From Octopus sinensis (taxonomy: Eukaryota): a DNA stretch of 64,000 nt. The translations under genes and the position numbers were made by a program. Shown in pieces: positions 54,029 to 64,000 of the stretch. Within the stretch, counting starts at the first letter, position 1, and each line of letters starts with the position of its first letter. The stretch spans positions 127,720,001 to 127,784,000 of the forward strand of contig NC_042998.1 of NCBI RefSeq assembly GCF_006345805.1, in the 5' to 3' direction. The notes beneath the pieces were generated by a model that worked only from the letters and a program-made list of their open reading frames with translations, did no database searches and was not told the origin of the DNA.

Positions 54029-54299
54029 GCGAGAATGTCGACCCGATCAATATCGATGTACTTTCATGAAACACGTGCAGTCTTATAAACTGAAAATACG
54101 TGATTCAGAATAGATTTAGTTAGTATAAGATTTAATATTTAACATTTTATGGTGTGGTTGATTGAGTTGAAGGTGGTTCTGTCTCTTAAACTAATTTTAT
54201 ATATACGAATTATACATTGAGAGATGTTCATTTTAGTACATCTAATTTGAATGTCTTTTCCTCTGCACTCGGAAGTAATATTCCCTAATAATTATAATC

Positions 54300-54512
<213 letters not shown>

Positions 54513-55446
54513 CACATACATACATACATTCTAACACACATACATAAAAGGATGTATGTGTCGACTATACTATGACTATGGGTCCAGATATGTGATAGGT
54601 AATGAGGCTTAAAACTATTCAGTAGTGGCAAGTAGAGAGGAATAACTTGAGTCCGCGTGAGCCTGTATTCTCATGTTCGTTCCAAACACCAGTGTGTACA
54701 ATGTGCACACTGGTGTGTTTGCGTATGTGTGTCTGTGTGTGTGTGTGAAGGCTATAACATTTGCCAAAATCTCTTGTCCTCAAAATCAATGTTAATGCAT
54801 AAATGAATCCAAACGTTATGTGTAGTATCATCTACTTCAAGCCAACAAGCTCATGTAATCGAAGCAAATCTGAGATTTTCAAGAGATGGACTAACGTGAA
54901 ATCAAACATCTTCAATGACCCAGTGCCTTGTCCGGATCGAGAATGGAACCCACTGTCTATCGATCTTCAGCCTCACACACTTCATGACTATGAATCGCGT
55001 AATTTAAAAGGCAAGAAATACATTTTGTGATAGACAGTGACAAGACTAGTGCTTAGAAAAGTTAGGAACTTCTTAAAGAATTTTTGTTAATGTGATTGAG
55101 AAGCATTTTGTACAATTAATCATTCAAATTTAATAAACAATGTGTATCTTGACAAGTGCTATAGTGAGAGTGGCATAGAAAAAATGCGGGAGATCAAATT
55201 ACGATTTGTGAATCGAATTGATTTCCAGTTAAACATTGTCTGGTACAAACGACTCCAATATTAAATGTGAAGAATTTCCTTCATATAATTTAATAAGCGA
55301 TGGGAATTAAAGACAGCTTAAGCTATACGTTATGAACCCTGAAAATAACTGATAGAGTTTAGCATTTAAATTATGCGAAATATTTTAAAACGAGGTAATT
55401 CAGAGTTGAAATACGATGCCTGATCATGCGTGTGGTTTATACAGAC

Positions 55447-55511
<65 letters not shown>

Positions 55512-55537
55512 TGTATATATGTGTGAGTGCGTGTATG

Positions 55538-55569
<32 letters not shown>

Positions 55570-56064
55570 TATATCAGCAGTCAGATTATGTAAACACTTC
55601 TCGTAGCTCACGCAGGTATTTTATGATCGGTGTGTGACATTAATTTAACTGCTTTGCTAATTCTCATGCAGTGTACTTTGGATTCTCCTACACTATGAGG
55701 CTTAATATTGACAGAACTTGTTACTCAAGATCGATCGGAATCTACAAGACAAAGATATCCCAAACGAGTCTGAACAAACCATCATTGGCACGTCTGGACA
55801 CTTAAAGTATATCCCAGAGACAGAAGGAGTTACTTCTCTCCCCTTTTGTTGCTGAGAAACTCCTTTTGAATTTATACAACACGCAGTAGCTGAAATGAGT
55901 CTGATAAAAAATAATCTTAAAGGGTATAATCGATACGAATTTAACTACCGTATATAATGTTATTTATAAAGAAAGAAACAAATAGAATTTAAAAATTAGT
56001 ACTTACATTACCGTAAATATTGAAAATACTTATAGCCTATACGATATAATGCTGCATATATATT

Positions 56065-56285
56065 ATTTTATTCATTTACTTGTTTCAGTCATTTGACTGC
56101 AGCCATGCTGGAGCACTGTGTTGAAGGATTTTAGTCGAAGAAATCAACTTCAGGACTTATTTTTTTTAAACCTAGTACTTATTTCATCGGTTTCTTTTGC
56201 CGAACCGCTACGCTACGGGACGTAAACACACTAACATCTGTTGTGAAGCGAGGAAGGGGGTGTCAAACACAGATACAAAGACATG

Positions 56286-56356
<71 letters not shown>

Positions 56357-56517
56357 GACATGCTTCTTTCAGTTTTCGTCAACCAAATGCACTGACAAGT
56401 CTTTGGTCGGCCCAGGGCTATAGAAGAAGACACTTGCGCAAGGTTCCACACAATGGGGGCCGGATCCAGAACTATGTGGCTGGGAAGCAAGCTTCTTAGC
56501 ACAGAGCCACGCCTGCA
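56065..56517 (-). mobile_element. SINE family B, near full-length copy
   Basis: Tail ttacttgtttcagtcatttgactgcagccatgctggagcac, internal (CA)/(TA) tract, head ...cttagcacagagccacgcctgcac. Confidence 0.9.
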
Positions 56518-57044
56518 CTATATGTATGTGTATTCTTTATTTGTGTGCTAACAAGGCTACCATTGATTTCATACTGGGTTTAATTCTCACAACAATTATC
56601 AAGCCTACCACATGAAATGTTGATACCCTTTTACATTTTAGATGAGAATATATGAAGCTACTCGGGACTATAAGAGATTTTTATATAAAAAATAATGTAC
56701 AACATATGGAAGGTAACTTGTAAAAAAATCCTAGTCTCTGATATCTTCGTAAGGAGTTGCGTATACCATGAACTGAATAATTCCTTAATCCTTTCAAGTT
56801 AATGCACGTCAAAAAGTATATGTATGTAATATATTTGGATGTGTACGATCATTCTCACATGAAAGTATTAAGAAATTAATTAGTGGTGTACGCAACTTCT
56901 AACGCAAATCAAATTTATCAATTCATTGTGTACACAACTTCTTACTAAGATTTCAAGACGGACTAATGTAAGGGAGATCACTATTAGGATTTCGTATACG
57001 TTACCTCCCATAATCTATACATTTATCCCAAAATTTCTTACAGT

Positions 57045-57580
57045 AAAGTCTGAAGGTTCAGTAAATTGTATTATATACATATGCTAGAAGTAGATCCGCT
57101 ATGGTTTTACCACTAAGAAATGTTCTCAAGAAAAATTTAGCAAACACCAGAACGTAATCGAGCAAGAAAAAAGAAAAGCAATAAGTGGTCATCCCTCTCA
57201 TATGTATATAATAAAATTTTACTGAACCTTCAGACTTTTATATGCTAGACCACTTATGTGAAATTGATGTTAATTAAATTAATATCAAATTTCTCACCCT
57301 CATTTAAAATTTGAATTTGAATTAATACGTTCTCTAACTGGCAAAAGCCACTGCAGCAGATTATTTTCTGCAGTCTTAGTTTGCTAAACATTTCTTGAGA
57401 ACATTTCTTAGTGGTAAGACCACAGCGGATCTGCTTCTAGCATAGGGGTTGCTCACATAGTGGTCATCCCCCTCATATGTATATAATGAAATTTTACTGA
57501 ACCTTCAGATTTTTATATGCTAGACCACTGGTGTGAAATTGATGTTAATTAAATTAATATCAAATTTCTCACCCTCATTT
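57045..57580. repeat. Direct plus inverted repeat cluster (275-bp period), Penelope pLTR-like arrangement
   Basis: 57184-57305 is repeated at 57459-57580; 57045-57145 is an inverted, internally deleted copy of about 57379-57513. Confidence 0.8.
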
Positions 57581-57663
57581 TAGATATATATATATTAAAT
57601 TAGAGATAAAACTACTATAGGCAAATCAAACTGAAAAACATAAACATAGAAATAATTAATATA

Positions 57664-57710
<47 letters not shown>

Positions 57711-57711
57711 C

Positions 57712-57780
<69 letters not shown>

Positions 57781-58008
57781 GAGATTCAGATGAATTAGGC
57801 ACTTAAGTTGAGGCACCAAAAATTAGTACGCTATTATCCGTACAATTTCAAAGTAAGTTGTCCGACTGACTAAATTAATTCTATTTAGTTTTTATGCAGC
57901 TGAGGATAGCTTTGCATTTAAATTGATGCAATGATTGCATTGTTCAATTAAATGGCGCCGCTTGAAATGGTCATACTGCATCACCTCTAGATATCCTGTT
58001 GCATATTT

Positions 58009-58074
<66 letters not shown>

Positions 58075-58510
58075 CGTATGTAATCAGGTACGCAAATAAT
58101 TCTCATTTTCCAAATAGAATCGATTAGAGAAAATTTCAATGATAATGTCTAAAACATTTAGAGGATTGTCCATTTAAAAATCTTGGGCTGAACAGGTACA
58201 CAATCATATCTACAGAGAGATACACCCAACCTTCTAGACCTGACTTGATTTAAACACTTTCTTAGTGACTAGCTTGAATTATATGAAGGTGGAAACTAAG
58301 ATAAATCCTAAAGAAAAAAACAAACATATATACATATATATTCAGATATACATATATAGATTCATACATACATACATACATACATAAGCTCATGCACATG
58401 CACACACACATACACACACGCACATACATACATACATATACATATACGCATACATACATGCATGCATACATAGAAAGACCTGCATATATACATACATATA
58501 TACATACACT

Positions 58511-58551
<41 letters not shown>

Positions 58552-59498
58552 GTACATATGTGCATTCATCCATAAAATTATATCCATGGATAAGTAACGC
58601 AGTTTATGTCCAACTTTTAACGTACGGAGTTCTCCTTCTCTCGCTGGCACATTCAGGCATACATATGTGATATATATGGAATATATACTCTGCGATCTAC
58701 GTCCTAATACTTTGTGAATGAAACGCCGATTCCAAGAAGACTAACTAGAGGAATCTACATTAGTTGATTTGATATGTATTTCTATCTGTCAGACTTAGAT
58801 TTTCATGTAGTTGGCGAGTTAAAGGAACTGGCGAAATACAACGGAAACTTTAATTGGTTTCAAGCTGCTGTTATAGCTAGAGGAATATCTGATATGTTAT
58901 TTACGATAAGTTCCAGATAATTGATTGATCGATTTTTGTTGGTATACTTGATATATAAGTATTTTTGTTGCTTTGTTTACTCCACTCCATTTCTGTTTTT
59001 TTTTTGTTTCACTGTTTTCTTCTTTTTATATTTGCTGTTGGTACTATTATTATTGTTCATATTGTTGTTGTTGTTACTGTCCTTATTGTTTTTGTATTAG
59101 TCTTCCACGTTAATTTGTTGTTGTCGTCATTGGCGTTGTTATTTTTAATGCCCTGGTGGATGTTATTGTTTTTGTCGTGACTGTTGTTTTCTGAGTGTTT
59201 GTGGGTGGTTTTCTTTAAGAAAGTCATCCATCAGATTCTGCGACCAATTGTCATTTAGTCTTTAAAAAATGGCTACTTGTTATTAAGGACTTTGACATCT
59301 TATCGTGTTTTTCTGCATTGCCCAAAAGCTGCAGGGATATGGCAATTTAGTTAATTTCTAATAAATTAAATAAAACAAAAATATCTAATGTGTATCGCTC
59401 TCTATGTGCAGACGAGAGAATAAATAACGCAACAAGATAGACAGACAGATAGAAATACAAACAGACAGACAGACAGGCAGACAGGCAGACATACAAAC

Positions 59499-59594
<96 letters not shown>

Positions 59595-61154
59595 GTAAGA
59601 GACAGGGGATATAATACGTAAGGTGGGAAATTGAAAAGAAAACTACAGTAGCAACGCATTAGTCTCTAAGCATCCGTTAGATGCAGATAAATACTGGAAA
59701 CGTTGTCTCTTATATGTTCTTGTATTGGATACAACTTATTTCTAAGTTGGATATCGAGTTCCAAATGTCAAGTAGTGTCTTAACGGATAAAACTAATTGA
59801 TTTGTCTGTATTATATCATATAAAACGTTTCCAAGGGTTTCGCTAAGAGGTCAATTTATTTGTAATCTCCCTCTGATTATTTTTCGTTTATTTATTTGTT
59901 GATTTATGTATTTAATTCTTTGTTTATAAATAGGTAATACAATATAAAGGACTACCCTGGAACAAGTAATTTTGCTAGACGATCTGCAGCTAAATGAACA
60001 ATAAAAGCAGAGATTTATGTTTCTAAAGCAGAGGAAATATATGTACTGCTGTGAAAGTCAGCTAACTGAGAGACATCAGTAATTAGCTAGTAATATTCAA
60101 GAAAGTGAAGATATATCTCCAACTGCTTTAATGCCAGTAACTATTACATTTATAGTATTAACGTTTTACATTAGTATCCATAATAATTGTTACACGTGCA
60201 TATTAAATTACAATATAGTCATGTAAATTAATCATCAGAAAAGTAGTTCATAAATTACTTTTGTAAATGTAAATAAAATCGGGCACATATTTTTAAAAGA
60301 CAAGATACACCATGCTATTACTGTTCAGTGGCGGGAATTTTCATCGTTACTATAAATTATTCCTATGTCTATAAAAATTGCAAAAGCATTTCAATACAGA
60401 CACACACAATATTTTATAACTTAAATATTTAATAATTGTGCCACTTCTAGATAATCTACTGGAAGCAAAACCTTTCAGGAAAGGAAGTGAAAAGAGTTTA
60501 AAAAAGAACAATTGATATTATCACCTTACTACAATCTCTAGTGATGATTCCGCTCTTGGTTAAACCATCTGACGAATGACACAATGAAACATCTGCAACA
60601 TGAATTGAGAAAGTATACAAACTTAGCGTTGGGCATAAGTATTATGAAGTATAAATATTACAATATCACTCTGTTTTGAGTGTTTGAAACCAGTATGGCC
60701 ATGCTATGTGTGTTGTATTATTTGTTCCTTTCTTATGGGCAGAATCGACAGGGAGTATGAAACAAACAACTCTTCTTTATACACATTTTCTAATGAACAA
60801 CGCTGCACTTTCCGTCTACCAAATTCAGTCACAAGTCTGTGGTTGGCCTAGGATTATATTAGAAATCTCTTGCCCAAGGAACCATGCAGAGGGACTGAAC
60901 AAGGAACCATGTGGTTGGGAAGGAAACTTCTCAACCACAGTCATTCTTGCACCTAATGTGTGTGTGTGTTTACATTTGTTGCAAAATCGAGCATTGTGTC
61001 CCATTGTGTCTCAAAGTTAGCAGTTCATCAAGCAGATATCTATAAAATAAATGCCAGATTGAAATACGTACTGAGGTCAGTATGATCAATTAAATTTTTG
61101 AAGGTGATACCCCATCATGGTGACAGTCGAAAGACTAAACCCAGTAAAATATTC

Positions 61155-61298
61155 TTTTCTTTTCTACTCTAGGCACAAGGCCCAAAATTTGGGGGGAGGG
61201 GCCAGTCGATTAGATCGACTCCAGTACGCAACTGGTACTTAATTTATAGACCCCGAAAGGATGAAGGCAAAGTCGACCTCAGCGTAATTTGAACTCAA
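61155..61298 (-). mobile_element. SINE family A copy (5'-truncated)
   Basis: aggcacaaggcccaaaatttgggggagggg...gaccccgaaaggatgaaggcaaagtcgacctc. Confidence 0.85.
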
Positions 61299-62089
61299 TT
61301 CCTAGAAAATATTGTTTAAAGACTTAATGGCTTTAAATTCAAGGTAATGGATTACTAACCACAGGATAATGAGATCAAAACTTCGTGTTGGACTTCCACT
61401 CTATACAATAACATTATACATACATCTCAGTCTACTTGACTTTCAAATATTTACAATTATAATTTGAAATTGAATGGTTAGCAGTAACAAAGATGTCCAG
61501 ATTTCTTTAAATATTATTGTGCAAAATATACTGAGAAAAAGTATATTCTTCACCCCAACAAGATACACACACACACAGTTGTCCCTGTAGTAACTTGTGC
61601 TACAACAAATAACAGTCAAATCTCTCCTAAAACACATCGTTTCATCATAAGAAAGGCAGAGTTATAGTATTTCAGTAAGAAAAAAATTATGCGATGCGTC
61701 TGCAACTGTGGGCTAAACAAACACAGACAAACATACTTCACATTAAACAATTATCTAATAAATAATACTAATAATGTTGACGGTATATCTTCGAAATTTC
61801 ATTCCCTGGTGAAACTCCATGTATCGTAAGGTCGTTTATGCAGAGTTGTCTCCCTTAGTAGAAAGAGCTCAAAATTTTGCGATCCGACCTCGTTTTCAAG
61901 GTTATTTTTGTAGTAAAAAAGAGCTTATGCACAACAAACATACTTTATTTGGTAGCCGTAATATTACTGAATGTTTTGAAACCTCATACGTCAAAATTGG
62001 CGCCTCAGTTTTCGAATCTATGAAGAACATACGCACACAAACATACACATACACAAACCTTGTTTTATTATATAAAATATATATATAAG

Positions 62090-63095
62090 AATGGAGTTAA
62101 GAATGTTACCTGGTTCGAGTGAGATTTTACGTTTTGTCCCGTTGATATAGAGGCCTGGAGTTTCGAGGATTTCCCATGAGATCGAGTATGGAATCCCATT
62201 GTCTCTTAGCTGCTTGACATGACTGGCAAGCGATGTTACGTATATCCTTTCCGATACATCCGATGTATTTCCCTGGGCGCCTGTTGTCGGTGCTGCACCT
62301 GTTGTTGTTGTTGTTGTTGTTATTGTTGTTGTTGTTATTGTTGTTGTTTTTGTTGTCACTGTTGTTGCTGCAGCTGTCACCGATATTGCTATTCCTGGGG
62401 CTGGGGCTACTGTTGTTGGCGTCGGTAATGTTATCGCTTCTGCCATTTATGCTAAAGGCGCTGTTGTTGTTAATATTGTTGTTATTGTTGTTGATGTTAT
62501 TGCGGTCTTCGCTAGTGGTGGGGGACTTGCTACTGCTGCTAGAGGTGTCATTAGCTGGTGTTGCTGCTTGGGCTGCTGTTACTGCCGTTATAGCTGGTGT
62601 TGTCACACTGGATCTGTTACTGCTGCTATAAGAGTTGTCACGTAACATCGCTGGCCAGCTACGTCTGACAAGTAAAAGACGATAGAATCTTATACTCGAT
62701 ATCATGCAAAATCCTTGAGAACCCAGGCCTCTACATCAACGAAATGAAGCGTTGCAAGTTATGCATAGCTGAATGCGCGAGAATCGTAAAAGAGTCGCTA
62801 GCACCAGGGAGCATCCTTAACTCCAAAACGGAAATTTTCGGGTCCTGTTTACATTTTAGGAAATTTCTGCTAGTATTTTGGGACCTGCAAGATGGCGGCA
62901 CAACCAGAAATCGATACACAATAGCAAAGGGAAATAATCCCCTATTGTTTACTTTTGTAGCGAGGCTTTTCCCCCTCCATATTTTGAAGAGGTTTTAGGC
63001 GAACAGGTGTTGGAATTTGACGATAGACCTTAAAGCTAAACCCTTTAGGGACGGAAAACGCAAGGTAATCCCATAAACCGGCCTTCCCCACTTTT
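62090..63095. mobile_element. Penelope-like element remnant: GIY-YIG endonuclease C-terminus as an inverted pair
   Basis: Minus strand: GKYIG...VTSLASHVKQLRDNGIPYSISWEILETPGLYINGTKR...ILNS. Plus strand from 62641: VTSLASYV*QVKDDRILYSISCKILENPGLYINEMKRCKLCIAEC...ILNSKTEIFGSCLHFRKFLL. This matches the PLE pattern I-x-W-x-IL...KRC-x-LC...LN-x-x-x-E...C-x-H. Confidence 0.8.
63012..63071 (+). ncRNA. Decayed hammerhead-like motif downstream of the GIY-YIG remnant
   Basis: ggaat-TTGACGA-...ccttaaag/ctttaggg...-GAAA-acgcaag-GTA-atcc, located where PLE pLTRs normally carry an HHR. Confidence 0.45.
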
Positions 63096-63098
63096 AAT

Positions 63099-63158
<60 letters not shown>

Positions 63159-63508
63159 TATTATATAACAAAACAAAGTTTTTGTGTATGTGCGCGTGTT
63201 CCTTATGGATTCGAAAACTGAGGTGCCGATTTTGACGTACGATGTATCAAAACATTCAGTAATCTTACGGCTACCAAATAACGTATGTTTTTTGTTAATA
63301 AGTTCTTTTTTACTACAAAAATAACCTCGAAAACGAGGTCGGATCCCACAATTTTGAACTCCTTCTACTCTGAACGACCTAAAAATACATGGAGTTTCAC
63401 CAGGGAATGAAACTTCGAAGATATATCGTCAATATTATTAGTATTAGTATCCCTCTACATCTTAGAGTGTGCTTCTTCTCCGGATTTATATTTCCTACAA
63501 ACGATCCC

Positions 63509-63550
<42 letters not shown>

Positions 63551-64000
63551 TATATATATGGAACAAAAATGCAATAGGGGGCATTAAACCGTTCGGACAG
63601 ATAGACGATACAAAGGCGAACAAGAGAAACAACAATTAGAAGGACAGGCAAAAAAAGACGGGACATTCTTGGCTTTCTTTCATCAGTGAAGTCCTAGAAG
63701 TCACGACCATTTCGGGTAGGGCGAGAGAGAGAGAGCAAGTGAGAGAGAATGTCGACTAAACAGATGATTCTTATGAACAGATACAACTTACATCAACATT
63801 TCGAGAAATAGAACAAACCCGTATTTTCGGGGATAAGTGTGAACGATATTCACATTTAAAACACACTGCAAATGCTAATTCTACAAAAGCTTCTAATACG
63901 ATTACCGTGAAAGCAGTAACACCAGAGCACTGCAAAATAAAGGAATGGAATAGAATCCAGTCGAAGAATGAAATGTACAAAAGAAGGAACCAGGTGAAAA

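Larger units (their letters stand above)
61764..63445. mobile_element. Pair of ~300-bp inverted arms (61764-62085 / 63161-63445), possibly non-autonomous Helitron-like copies
   Basis: The arms are clear reverse complements with one ~18-bp indel. The inner ends read tatataa(t/c)aaaacaa...tgtgtatgtg...ttcgaaaactgaggtgccgattttga, reminiscent of Helitron 5' ends; the outer ends read ...attagt. Confidence 0.7.

Noticed and set aside
60566-60597. CTGACGA...GAAACATC hammerhead-like string (also CTGATGA at 11939)
   Set aside because: Stem I is not in register or GAAA is missing; insufficient support.
62127-62705. 192-aa Asn/Ser-rich ORF and overlapping poly-T/L/C ORFs as a host gene
   Set aside because: Openness is due to (AAC)n-like repeats; the only recognisable parts are frameshifted Penelope GIY-YIG remnants.

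Overview
This is AT-rich, microsatellite-saturated eukaryotic DNA that looks intergenic or intronic. The repeat content (tRNA-derived SINEs including a CORE-type family, RTE, CR1-group and R4/Dong-type LINE fragments, mariner relics) points to a cephalopod genome, most likely Octopus; this is an inference. I can support no intact host gene, and almost all ORF-track entries are microsatellite translations or transposon remnants. The most interesting layer is a set of hammerhead-ribozyme (HHR) motifs in inverted-repeat elements next to (TA)n tracts: (i) a 158-bp spacer-less palindrome (8894-9051) encoding a minimal HHR on each strand; (ii) a ~2-kb non-coding element (38468-40425) whose near-identical ~215-bp inverted terminal repeats each carry an outward-facing HHR with an intact core; (iii) several decayed HHRs, one just downstream of a Penelope-type GIY-YIG endonuclease remnant that is itself present as an inverted pair (62090-63095). 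Together these suggest a family of non-autonomous, Penelope-derived, ribozyme-bearing fold-back retroelements. Other items are a 99-bp-arm hairpin, a PHD-like finger inside an RTE reverse transcriptase, a shared LINE/SINE 3' tail, a probable assembly-artefact tandem duplication and one orphan interrupted reading frame. All alignments and foldings were done by eye.
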